A stretch of 18,158 nucleotides of DNA from Verrucomicrobiota bacterium (GCA_038214755.1 JBBQRQ010000104.1:1-18158); one strand, 5' to 3'. Positions 1-8,393 are shown, counted from the first letter of the stretch. The notes: generated by a model not told the origin, from the sequence alone. Translations and numbers: made by a program.

Positions 1-63
1 CGCCGCGCGCCGGAGGAGCAACCCTTGGCCAAAACTTTCCAATATGTGTTTCCTAAAAAACAT
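1..63 (-). CDS. possible 5' end of a gene running off the left edge (MFFRKHILESFGQGLLLRRAA...)
   Basis: ATG at 63-61, open for 21 codons to the window edge, preceded by purine-rich GGTGGGGTGAAA; too short to assign. Confidence 0.25.
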   Translation of the reverse strand, partial: MFFRKHILESFGQGLLLRRAA

Positions 64-73
64 TTTCACCCCA

Positions 74-135
74 CCTGACCAACATCAGATGGCACACCGA
101 TTTTCACACTTCCCCTGACCAACATCAGATGACAC
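74..135. promoter_or_regulatory. two 22-bp direct repeats, 40-bp period, each containing CTGA-N6-TCAG; candidate regulator binding sites
   Basis: cctgaccaacatcagatggcac (74-95) vs cctgaccaacatcagatgacac (114-135), 1 mismatch. Confidence 0.5.
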
Positions 136-270
136 TTGCCCATTGATTCGTGAACAAAAACGCGGCGCGTGGAAGTGCATCGTTGGCCGGCGGTCCCAAC
201 TGCGCCGAACAAAATCGCGGGCGTGGCCAAATCCAAATCAGCACTGGGCGCGACGAACTCGCTGTTTTTT

Positions 271-903
271 TTATTTTTTCCTCCAAATGGTTTGCCGACC
301 TCGCACGTAAACTTCGCCGCGCGCCAATGCAGCGACCGCTTCTGGATACAATTCCCATTCCGCTCGCTGAATTCTTTGATGCAAACTTTCAGCGGTGTCG
401 TCCGTTAAAACGGGAACGGTTCTCTGCGCGATGATGGGGCCGGTGTCCACGCCTTGATCGATGAAATGAACCGTGCAGCCAGTGAATTTCACGCCGTAAT
501 CCAACGCTTGCTTCCACGATTCCAAACCGGGGAAGGCCGGCAACAGCGATGGATGTATATTCACCACGCGATGGGCAAACACGCGCAGAAATTCTCCCTT
601 CAAAATTCGCATGAAACCGGCCAGCACAATCAAATCAACTCTCGCATTTTGCAGCGTGTCGATGAAGGCGCGTTCCGCGTCGTCGTCCAGCTTCGTGCGA
701 AATTTTCCCGGGGCGATGAACCCGGCGCGCAGTCCTCGCTCGTGTGCCTGCGCCAGGATTCCAGAGTCGGAGACGTCGCTGAGGACCAGCGCGACTTCCG
801 CCGGGATTTTTCCTGCGGCGCACGCATCGGCCAGCGCGACAAAGTTTGAACCTTTGCCGGAGCCGAGCACGCCGAGTCGAAATGTGCGTTGCACTTCACT
901 CAC
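271..903 (-). CDS. purN: phosphoribosylglycinamide formyltransferase
   Basis: 210 aa; LGSGKGSN, LIVLAGFMRIL, NIHPSLLPAFPG, GCTVHF..GVDTGPII motifs. Confidence 0.96.
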   Translation of the reverse strand: MSEVQRTFRLGVLGSGKGSNFVALADACAAGKIPAEVALVLSDVSDSGILAQAHERGLRAGFIAPGKFRTKLDDDAERAFIDTLQNARVDLIVLAGFMRILKGEFLRVFAHRVVNIHPSLLPAFPGLESWKQALDYGVKFTGCTVHFIDQGVDTGPIIAQRTVPVLTDDTAESLHQRIQRAEWELYPEAVAALARGEVYVRGRQTIWRKK

Positions 904-951
904 TTGTTTCTTGGCTAAACCAAAACTTTCTCATCGGGATTTTGCACCAGA

Positions 952-1061
952 CGTAGCGCAGCTTTGCAAGCTGCTGTATCGCCGGTTTGCAACCGGCAGG
1001 GCGTTGCGATGTCTTGCGGGCTGCGAACCCGCGATACAGCAACTTAAAAACCTGCGCTACG
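952..1061. repeat. GTAG-tagged REP-like doublet
   Basis: cgtagcgcag...ctgcgctacg outer inverted repeat; inner gctgtatcgc/gcgatacagc pair; local hairpins gcagcttt-gc-aagctgc and gccggttt-gc-aaccggc. Confidence 0.8.
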
Positions 1062-3885
1062 ACTTCGATGCAAGGCTCAGGTTCTCAGCGGGATTTTTTT
1101 GCGCGTTCAAAATTTCGCGCACCCTGGCCAGGAGAACATCCGGCCGGAAAGGTTTTTGCAAAAATTGGGCCGGCCCCTCGAAGTTTCCGAAACCGCGCGC
1201 TTCTTCATCGCTGTAACCTGAGACGTAAAGCACGGGAAGATTCGGGCGTGTGGCCAGCAGCCGCGTCGCCAGTTCCCCACCCGTCATGTCCGGCATCAAC
1301 ATATCGGTAACGAGCAGGTCGATTGGTCCCGCGTGTTGGGCGGCCATCTCGATGGCTTCCGGCCCATGTTTAGCGGCCATGATGGTATAACCCTCAGCGC
1401 GCAGGAGGTCCGCCAGCATTCCACGGACGATCTCCTCGTCCTCCACCAGAAGGATGCTTTCGCGTCCGCCGGTCTTCACTGGAGCTGGCGCGCGGCCGGG
1501 CGCCTTTTCGGAAACGGTTCCAGCCATTCGCGGAAAATAAATATGGAAGGTGGTTCCCCGGCCCGGTTCGCTGACAACGGAAATTTCTCCGCCGCTTTGC
1601 CGGACGATTCCATACACGATGGAAAGGCCGAGGCCGGTTCCTTCACCGAGTTTTTTGGTGGTGAAAAAAGGTTCGAACAAATGGGACTTCACCTCGGCGG
1701 ACATGCCCGCTCCCGTGTCGCTGATGGCCAGGTGGACGAACGGCCCCGGACAAAATTCTTCAGAGAAGCCTTCTGCTTTTTCGGTTAATTCCACATTGCT
1801 GGTTTCGATGAGCAACGTCCCGCCGCCCGCCATGGCGTCGCGCGCGTTGAGAGACAAATTTAAAATGACCTGCTCTATTTGCCCGGGGTCGGCGCAAATG
1901 CAGCCGGTGCCCGGCGCGGAACGAGTGAGCAATTGAACATTCGCTCCGATCAGCCGCTGCAAAAGTTTGTTCACGTCCCCGACGGTCCCTTCAAGTGAGA
2001 AAACTTTTGGCTGTAAAATTTGTTTGCGACTGAAGGCGAGCAATTGGGCGGTCAGCGCCGCCGCGCGGTCGGCCGATTTTTCAATTTGCACGACGGTGTC
2101 ATGATGAGGGTCCTCTGGAGTCAAACGTTTCAAAAGGAAATCCGCGTAGCCAATAATGGCCTGCATCAGATTATTGAAATCATGGGCGATGCCGCCCGCC
2201 AGCCGCCCGATGGCTTCCATTTTTTGCGATTGGCGAAGGCGCGTTTCCAGATTCAAGCGCTCGGTCACATCGCGCGAGACGACGACGACCTGGCTAGGCA
2301 AGCCGTCTTTGCCGCGGACGACGCTGCCTTGCGATTCGACAAAACGGATGATCCCATCTTTGCGGACGAAACGGAATTGCGCGCGTTGCCCGACGCCCGT
2401 GGAAATGGTTTCCTGAAAAATGCGTTTGATCGACTCGCGATCTTCGGGATGAACGTCGAGGAATGAATTGGTTCCCGCCAATCGGGACGGCTCCCCGAGG
2501 AGCGCGGCGTAAGAGGGGCTGTTGTAGATGCGTTTTCCGTCGCGATCCAGCACGGCGATCATATCGGTCATGCTTTCGGAAATGAGTCGGAAAAATTCTT
2601 CGCGATCCCGCAAAGCGTCTTCGAGTTGCTTTCGCGAGGTGATGTCGTGGACGACCGATTGGAATTCATTTATCCGTTCGTTCTCATCGAACAAAGCGTG
2701 GATGGTGCATTGATGCCAGACAACTTTGCCATCCGGCGAAGCCAATTTGTCGTCGAAAGAAAGCGTGGGCTGCTGTGGAGTCAAAGCAGTGAAAACGCTC
2801 AACGGGATTTCCTGATCTTCGGCTGGCAATGAAGGCATATAGGGCGAGCCAATTAATTCGGCGGGCGTTTTTTTATGGAAGGAGCAATAGGCTTCGTTGA
2901 CGAAAGTAATGCGCCCCTGCAAATCGAAACGACAGATCAAATCGGTTTGATCCTGGACTACGGCGCGGTAGCGTTTCTCATTGTCATGCAGGGCGCTCAT
3001 CGCCTGTTCTCGCTCCGCGGCCACGCCCGCCAGGAACAGGTTGCTGATCGCCAAAATCCCAATGTAACTTCCGAGCAGCACCAGGCTCTGATCCATGTTC
3101 GGCATCACAAACGGGCCTCTTCCCTCCAGCAGCGCGTTAATCGCGATGATGGCCACCACCATTGTCCCGGCGGTGGCCCCGCGTTGGCCAAAGCGCAATG
3201 CGCCCCAAACCAAAAATGGGTACGGCAAATAAGCCAGCGGATAACTTTGAACCCCATATGAGTACCAGGAACTAAAAGAAATCAAAGCGCCCCCCACCAA
3301 ACCAGCCGTGCAAATCAATGCTTCGATGATCAGCGGCCAACGCCAACGAATCGCCGAGGAAGAACCCCACGTTAAAATAAATGGAGTAATCACCAGACCG
3401 GCCAGCGCGTTGGGGATCCACCATTGAATCACATTCAAAAATAAATTTTCCCAAAGAACCGCGCCGCTGTAACAAAGGCTGACCGAAGTGAACACAGCGC
3501 TGACAACGGACCCGCAAAAAAGGGCGACCGGAATAAAGCCCGCGACGTCACGAACACGCTGGAGTGAGGCGCGAAACTGAATAAATCGTTCCAACAAAAA
3601 AACGCACACGACGGCGCCGATGGTGTTGCCCACCGCCGTGCCCCAGGCTGCGAAACCAAAGGAGTTCCCATTCCAAAAAGTGAAGAGCAACGCGCCCAGA
3701 GCCACCCCCGGCCAAAAGCGATAGCCCCAGAGAAGCAACGCGGCCAACGCGATTCCAAAAGGCGGCCACACCAGGGCGACACCTCCCGATTTGAAGGTGG
3801 CTTCGTGGCCCAGAAGTCCACCAATAAAATAAAAGGCGACGAGGATTACGACTCGGGTAAAAAAACTAAGCCCGGACAATTTCAT
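1057..3885 (-). CDS. membrane hybrid sensor histidine kinase (MASE1 - PAS - PAS - HisKA - HATPase_c - receiver)
   Basis: 942 aa; N-terminal multi-TM region with MASE1-like VWPPFGIALAALL; two PAS/PAC repeats; H-box LAGGIAHDFNN; G2 box GEGTGLGL; receiver LLVEDE...TDMLMP...KPF. Confidence 0.93.
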   Translation of the reverse strand: MKLSGLSFFTRVVILVAFYFIGGLLGHEATFKSGGVALVWPPFGIALAALLLWGYRFWPGVALGALLFTFWNGNSFGFAAWGTAVGNTIGAVVCVFLLERFIQFRASLQRVRDVAGFIPVALFCGSVVSAVFTSVSLCYSGAVLWENLFLNVIQWWIPNALAGLVITPFILTWGSSSAIRWRWPLIIEALICTAGLVGGALISFSSWYSYGVQSYPLAYLPYPFLVWGALRFGQRGATAGTMVVAIIAINALLEGRGPFVMPNMDQSLVLLGSYIGILAISNLFLAGVAAEREQAMSALHDNEKRYRAVVQDQTDLICRFDLQGRITFVNEAYCSFHKKTPAELIGSPYMPSLPAEDQEIPLSVFTALTPQQPTLSFDDKLASPDGKVVWHQCTIHALFDENERINEFQSVVHDITSRKQLEDALRDREEFFRLISESMTDMIAVLDRDGKRIYNSPSYAALLGEPSRLAGTNSFLDVHPEDRESIKRIFQETISTGVGQRAQFRFVRKDGIIRFVESQGSVVRGKDGLPSQVVVVSRDVTERLNLETRLRQSQKMEAIGRLAGGIAHDFNNLMQAIIGYADFLLKRLTPEDPHHDTVVQIEKSADRAAALTAQLLAFSRKQILQPKVFSLEGTVGDVNKLLQRLIGANVQLLTRSAPGTGCICADPGQIEQVILNLSLNARDAMAGGGTLLIETSNVELTEKAEGFSEEFCPGPFVHLAISDTGAGMSAEVKSHLFEPFFTTKKLGEGTGLGLSIVYGIVRQSGGEISVVSEPGRGTTFHIYFPRMAGTVSEKAPGRAPAPVKTGGRESILLVEDEEIVRGMLADLLRAEGYTIMAAKHGPEAIEMAAQHAGPIDLLVTDMLMPDMTGGELATRLLATRPNLPVLYVSGYSDEEARGFGNFEGPAQFLQKPFRPDVLLARVREILNAQKNPAENLSLASKS

Positions 3886-4015
3886 CTTTTGCCCAGAATA
3901 GCAAAGAGTTGGAAAATGAATAGCGGATTATCCATCTACGAAAAAATGGGAGTCGTTCAACAAAGTAGTTTCGTGGAGGAAGATGCATCCCAACGCGGGG
4001 GGACAGCGCGGAGGG

Positions 4016-4489
4016 TTAAGGAAGCCCGCCCCGTCGCGCCAGTCTCTCGTTCGCATATCGGCGATGGCCGGTGATCTCGCCTCCAAACCAATCCGGCGGC
4101 TCAAACAAATTGCTTTGCCGCGCGGAATCAAATTCCACGTCCGCCGTGATCAGCCCGCGATGCCTGCCTTCGTAAACATCCATCTCAATTGTGTGGCCAG
4201 AAAACGGAAGCCGGTAGCGCGTCTTGGCGATGCGCGCGCCGCGCGTCAACGGCCAGAGCGAGTCGAATTGTTCTTTGCGCAACTTGATTTCCTCCTCCTG
4301 ACGCGAGTGACCCCGTCCATTTTTTATCGTGAGGAAAAATTTCGCACCGAGGCGCCGCAACCGGATTTCCAACTGATTGGAGGTGATCGGGAAATAGCCC
4401 TGAACAATTTTGGTATGAGGCCGTCGCTTCCAACCGGCGGGAGGCGCGTCGATCAGAAACTTGCGCTCGATCTCTAAATGTTTGCTCAT
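4016..4489 (-). CDS. CYTH domain protein (triphosphate tunnel metalloenzyme)
   Basis: N-terminal EIERKFL (ExExK) motif, IVQGY, RLR, KTRY; start placed at MSKHLEIERKF (4489). Confidence 0.9.
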   Translation of the reverse strand: MSKHLEIERKFLIDAPPAGWKRRPHTKIVQGYFPITSNQLEIRLRRLGAKFFLTIKNGRGHSRQEEEIKLRKEQFDSLWPLTRGARIAKTRYRLPFSGHTIEMDVYEGRHRGLITADVEFDSARQSNLFEPPDWFGGEITGHRRYANERLARRGGLP

Positions 4490-4553
4490 AAAAAAATGTC
4501 CCCGGCCACGGTTCAACTCTCAATCAAATATTTTCTTGCGGCCCGCGCGAAAT

Positions 4554-4678
4554 GTAGCGCACGCATCTTTGCGTGCAGGTTGGGGCGGCTTCCAGCCGCC
4601 AGTTTAAAATGTCGCGGTGAATTTATTCGCGCTGGAAGCCGCCGCAATCCCGCTAGCGGGACTGGAAGCCTGCGCTAC
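4554..4678. repeat. GTAG-tagged REP-like doublet, degenerate
   Basis: gtagcgca...tgcgctac termini; internal gcggcttccagc / gctggaagccgc inverted pair; between divergent CYTH and VOC genes. Confidence 0.7.
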
Positions 4679-4752
4679 GTCTGACGCAAATCCGGGTTTT
4701 ACTTGAGCGCGCAAAATTTGCGCCTGAAAGAATTCGCTGATTCAATTCGGGC

Positions 4753-5160
4753 ATGAAATTTTCCGTTGAACATTTGGGGCTGCCCGCGCGCGACCCGACC
4801 GTTTTGAGAAATTGGTATGAGCGCGTTCTCGGCGCGAAATTAATTTTCGACAATGGCAAAATGCCGCCAGCGTTTTTTCTCCAACTGGAAGGCGGATTGA
4901 TGATTGAGATTTACGAGGGCGATTTCTCGCTCAAGGAAACTTCCGACAACGCGCTGAACGGCTGGCGACATCTGGCGCTTCGGGTCGATTCAATTGAACA
5001 GGCGAAAACCGAATTGGAAAACCGCGGCGTGAAATTTTCCGAATCGATCAAACCCGCCGGCGGTGGCGGGAGAGTTTTATTTTTTCACGATGCGGAAAAT
5101 AATTTACTCCACCTGGTCGAGCGCCCCGCGAATTCGATTTTCAACCACGAAGAAATTTAG
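4753..5160 (+). CDS. VOC (glyoxalase/bleomycin resistance) family protein
   Basis: 135 aa; EHLGL, WYERVLG, IEIY, HLALRVDSIE, FFHDAENNLLHLVE pattern. Confidence 0.9.
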   Translation: MKFSVEHLGLPARDPTVLRNWYERVLGAKLIFDNGKMPPAFFLQLEGGLMIEIYEGDFSLKETSDNALNGWRHLALRVDSIEQAKTELENRGVKFSESIKPAGGGGRVLFFHDAENNLLHLVERPANSIFNHEEI

Positions 5161-5189
5161 CGTGGCGGTCGCTGCAATCAAAAGTGCTT

Positions 5190-5263
5190 TAACCGCAGAT
5201 ATACGCAAATGAACGCAGATATTTTTCATCTTATCCGCGTTCATCTGCGTCCATCGGTGGTTA
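5190..5263. repeat. palindrome made of ~10-nt tandem units (3 forward, 3 reverse); possible bidirectional terminator
   Basis: aaccgcagat atacgcaaat gaacgcagat ... atccgcgttc atctgcgtcc atcggtggtt between convergent genes. Confidence 0.75.
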
Positions 5264-5750
5264 GTTTTTTCCAGATCACCATAAACGCGCTGGCAAACTC
5301 ATTTGGCTTTTCTGAAATCCACCCCGTGACGAATTCTGGGGAAAACCATCCTCCCTGTTCAATTTCTTCAGGATGCAATGCAAACGGCCCTTCCTTTTCG
5401 CAGCGATAAACCCAGACAAATTCCTGCCCCGTCCCCCGGCACGCCTCAACTTTAAAAAGCCGCTTCGGACAATCCTGCAAATGCAATCCCAGTTCCTCGC
5501 CCACTTCACGAATCGCGCAAGCGTCATACTCTTCGCCGCCATCCACATGTCCTGACGCCGACGAATCCCAGACGCCGGGAAAAGTATCTTTTGTCATGGA
5601 ACGCTTCTGCAAAAAAACTTCGCCGCAAGAATTGAAAATCAACACATGCACCGCGCGATGTTTGTCGCCCTCGCGATGAACATCCCGCCGCAATTTTTTC
5701 CCGATGACCTCGTCGCGTTCGTTGACCACATCAAAAATTTCGTCGCTCAT
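5241..5750 (-). CDS. Nudix hydrolase, IPP-isomerase-like subfamily
   Basis: Nudix box GHVDGGEEYDACAIREVGEELG; HRAVHVLIFN, LQKRS..KDTFPG.WD; start placed at MSDEIFDVV because the upstream extension is repeat-derived. Confidence 0.88.
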   Translation of the reverse strand: MSDEIFDVVNERDEVIGKKLRRDVHREGDKHRAVHVLIFNSCGEVFLQKRSMTKDTFPGVWDSSASGHVDGGEEYDACAIREVGEELGLHLQDCPKRLFKVEACRGTGQEFVWVYRCEKEGPFALHPEEIEQGGWFSPEFVTGWISEKPNEFASAFMVIWKKLTTDGRR

Positions 5751-5754
5751 TTTT

Positions 5755-5813
5755 TGTAGCGGCGCGTCTGTGACCGCCGCTAATTTCATCGTCGCTCCTA
5801 AAGCGTCGCTCCA
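5755..5813. repeat. degenerate GTAG-tagged REP-like doublet
   Basis: hairpin tagcggcg-c-gtc-tgt-gac-cgccgcta followed by decayed partner cgtcgctcctaaagcgtcgctcca. Confidence 0.55.
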
Positions 5814-5839
5814 AGGGAATGTGATTTAAACTGGCGAAC

Positions 5840-5940
5840 AAGAGCGCCAGGACTGGCGCACTCCAAGACGCTTCGCGCCATTCATGCGCCATCGAAATTC
5901 GCGTGAGCGTCTTGGACTGCGGCGGTCCTCCGCCGCTCTT
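5840..5940. repeat. REP-like doublet with tags facing inward
   Basis: aagagcg...gcactccaagacgcttcgcg / cgcgtgagcgtcttggactgc...cgctctt; arm hairpins gcgccag-ga-ctggcgc and gcggcgg-tcct-ccgccgc. Confidence 0.8.
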
Positions 5941-5978
5941 AACGGCACCGGTCAATAAGTTTTGACCGCCACTTTCAA

Positions 5979-6917
5979 TCACATCCCGGCACAAGTTAGG
6001 ATTCGCGTCAGTTCAACAAACTTTTCCAGACTGACTTGCTCGGCCCGTTCTTGTTGAGAAATATTTAATTCCGCAAACGCACTTTCCAATTTCTCCTTCG
6101 GCCAATCCTGTTTCAAAAGTTTCAACATCATTTTGCGTCGTTGCGAAAACGCGCGCTTGACGATTTTTTTGAAAGCCTGCGCTTCCTTCGCGGACAAGAG
6201 CGGAATGGCGCGACGTTGCAAAATGATGCACGCGGAATCGACATTCGGTTCGGGGAAAAAAGATCCAGCGGGAATTTGAAAAAGACCGCGCGGCTCATAA
6301 ACCAATTGCACCAGGAGGGAGAGCACGCCGTAGTCGTCGTCCCCCGCTTGTGCCACGAGGCGTTGCGCGACTTCCAGTTGCAACGTCGCCACGATTTTCT
6401 CCGGCGGGTTTTCGATTTCGGCCAGTTCCACCAAAATCGGCGAAGCGACGGAATACGGAAGGTTGGACACGAGTTTCCAGTCGTGCCAATCGACAGGAGC
6501 GCCGACGTTCTCGTCCGCGCGTTCCAACGAAGTTGTGTCCGACCTCAAAATGTTCTCATTCCTTTTTGCATGACTCGATTCGACTCGCGGACGAGAACGT
6601 CCGCGCTCCTGTAAAAACTCCAGCGCATCTGCGTGAAGCAGCTTGAAATTTTTCGCGCTTGAAAATTTCTGCTCCAGAAAATCGACGAGGCGCTTGTCCT
6701 TTTCGATCGCCAAAACTTCGCCGGCTGTTGCGATCAACAATTCTGTGAGCGGCCCGAGTCCCGGCCCAATTTCCAAAACTCTGTCGGAAGAATTTAATCC
6801 GGCAGCCTCGACGATTTTCTGAAGTTGGTTTTGATCATGCAAAAAATTTTGGCCGAGCGACTTCGTCAGCCTGATCTCGCCCTCCGACAAAATCTTTTTC
6901 ATCTCAGAAAGTTTCAT
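5979..6917 (-). CDS. rsmA: 16S rRNA adenine dimethyltransferase RsmA/KsgA carrying a ~40-aa palindrome-derived insertion
   Basis: KSLGQNFL, VLEIGPGLGPLT, IEKD, NLPY, Q.EVA.RL, F.P.PNVDS, AFSQRRKM, RAEQVS; start placed at MKLSEMK (6917). Confidence 0.95.
   Translation of the reverse strand: MKLSEMKKILSEGEIRLTKSLGQNFLHDQNQLQKIVEAAGLNSSDRVLEIGPGLGPLTELLIATAGEVLAIEKDKRLVDFLEQKFSSAKNFKLLHADALEFLQERGRSRPRVESSHAKRNENILRSDTTSLERADENVGAPVDWHDWKLVSNLPYSVASPILVELAEIENPPEKIVATLQLEVAQRLVAQAGDDDYGVLSLLVQLVYEPRGLFQIPAGSFFPEPNVDSACIILQRRAIPLLSAKEAQAFKKIVKRAFSQRRKMMLKLLKQDWPKEKLESAFAELNISQQERAEQVSLEKFVELTRILTCAGM
6493..6612. repeat. 120-bp REPIN-like element inside the rsmA coding sequence
   Basis: 27-bp inverted arms 6493-6519 and 6586-6612 with 1 mismatch and a 66-bp spacer. 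Confidence 0.9.
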
Positions 6918-6921
6918 GGTC

Positions 6922-7042
6922 GCGGGTAGCATCTGCCTCCGGCGGGTGCGAAACAATTTCTCCTTGGTGTTGAGACTTCGATCTTCCGCATTCAATGTTG
7001 GCCGAAGTGAATTCGCACCCGCCGGAGGCAGATGCTACCCGC
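6922..7042. repeat. GTAG-tagged paired element with perfect 31-bp inverted arms
   Basis: gcgggtagcatctgcctccggcgggtgcgaa (6922-6952) and its exact reverse complement (7012-7042). Confidence 0.9.
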
Positions 7043-7056
7043 CAGCGCGCTCGTTT

Positions 7057-8367
7057 TCATCGCAACAATTCCTTCAACTCGCCGACCGCTCTTGCCAAAT
7101 CCCGCTCGGAAATTGTCAGCGGCGGCGTGAAGCTGATGATGTTCGCGTGCTCACCTTCGGGCAACACAATGAAACCGCGACGCAACATCGTCTTGATAAC
7201 ATGCAACGCTTCCGCCTTCGCCGGTTTGTCTTCGGGCGATTTTAATTCAACTCCAGCCATCAGGCCAAGACCCCGCGGTTCGACTTTGAACTTTGAACTT
7301 TGAACTTTGAACAATTCTTCCAATAGAAACCTTCCGAGCGCCGCGCTTTGCTCAACCAGTTTCAAATTCTTGATTTCTAAAAGTTGCGCCAGCGCCATCG
7401 CGCAGCCGACCGGGTGGCCGAGAAATGTGCTGGTGTGAATCGCCTCTCCCGACGAGAGCGGCCACGCTTCATCCATCACATCGGCGCGCCCGACGCACGC
7501 TGAAAGAGGGAAGCCGCCGGTCAGCGCTTTGCCGAGACAGATTAAATCGGGAACAGTTTTCGTGTGTTCGGCGGCGAACCATTTTCCGGTGCGACCGAAG
7601 CCGGTGTAAATTTCGTCGAGGATGAGCAGCGCCTGATGTTCATCGCAAAGCCGCCGCAGCAGCGGGAAAAATTTTGGCGGAGGAACATTGATGCCGCCAC
7701 GCACCTGGATTGGCTCGACCAGAATCGCGCCGATCTTGTGCCGCCGGAAATAAGAGCGAATGACGCTCTCGACTTCGACCAATTCATTTTCGTGTTTTGG
7801 AAAAGGAGCGAAGTGACAAAACTCACGAAGTTGCGAGCGGAACGACAAGCGAAAATGGTCGCGATGCGTGGCGTTGAGCGCCCCGTAGCCGAGTCCGTGG
7901 TACGCGCCGGAAAATGCGACCACACCGCGTTTTCGCGTGGCGAGCAACGAGGTTTTCAGCGCGGCCTCGACGGCTTCGAAACCGGAGTTGCAAAAAATAG
8001 TCTTGCCGGAATTTTTAATTTTTAATTTTGAATTTTTAAATCCGCTCCATCGCTCGAAAGTTATTTTGCTCAACTCGCGCGCCAATCGTCCTTTGAGTTC
8101 ATGCGGGTGAACATCGCCCATCGCATGAAGGAGCTTTGCCATCTGCTGCTGACCGGCTTTGACGACACTTGGATTTGCGTGTCCCGCCGCGGCGACACCA
8201 AATGCGGCCGTGAGATCGAGATATTTTTTACCTTCCGCGTCCCAGACATGAACGCCTTGCGCGCGTTCCCAAACCATCGGCCAGGAGCCATCTGCTTCGA
8301 CGAACGTGACGTTGCGCGACTCATAGTCACGGAGCAGTTGGAGAGTTTTTTTTGTTTTAGTTTTCAC
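7057..8367 (-). CDS. class-III PLP-dependent aminotransferase (ArgD/GabT-like; substrate unknown)
   Basis: 436 aa; WDAEGKKYLD, NSGFEAVEAALK, AYHG, ILVEPIQ, LILDEIYTGFGRTG, PLP lysine in PDLICLGKALTGG. Confidence 0.92.
   Translation of the reverse strand: MKTKTKKTLQLLRDYESRNVTFVEADGSWPMVWERAQGVHVWDAEGKKYLDLTAAFGVAAAGHANPSVVKAGQQQMAKLLHAMGDVHPHELKGRLARELSKITFERWSGFKNSKLKIKNSGKTIFCNSGFEAVEAALKTSLLATRKRGVVAFSGAYHGLGYGALNATHRDHFRLSFRSQLREFCHFAPFPKHENELVEVESVIRSYFRRHKIGAILVEPIQVRGGINVPPPKFFPLLRRLCDEHQALLILDEIYTGFGRTGKWFAAEHTKTVPDLICLGKALTGGFPLSACVGRADVMDEAWPLSSGEAIHTSTFLGHPVGCAMALAQLLEIKNLKLVEQSAALGRFLLEELFKVQSSKFKVEPRGLGLMAGVELKSPEDKPAKAEALHVIKTMLRRGFIVLPEGEHANIISFTPPLTISERDLARAVGELKELLR
7283..7312. 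repeat. perfect heptamer tandem (actttga)x4 inside the aminotransferase
   Basis: encodes FKVQSSKFKV. Confidence 0.9.
8010..8039. repeat. heptamer tandem (aatttt[t/g])x4 inside the aminotransferase
   Basis: AT-rich tract in a GC-rich gene; encodes KNSKLKIKNS. Confidence 0.85.
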
Positions 8368-8393
8368 GCAAGTTTCTGGTCCCCTCGCTTATC

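Noticed and set aside
74..135. possible CRISPR mini-array
   Set aside because: Only two repeats, an 18-bp gap and no cas genes in the window
5751..5789. N-terminal extension of the Nudix ORF (MKLAAVTDAPLQK)
   Set aside because: Encoded by the 5755 palindrome; the family-like sequence begins at MSDEIF
5949..5968. small palindrome cggtcaa-N6-ttgaccg
   Set aside because: 7-bp arms only, no U-tract; could be chance
6493..6612. intein or intron in rsmA
   Set aside because: Too short, with no intein terminal residues or group I/II intron features; explained by the inverted-repeat element
6918..6995. longer rsmA start from the ORF track
   Set aside because: The extension lies almost entirely within the 6922-7042 repeat and starts at TTG
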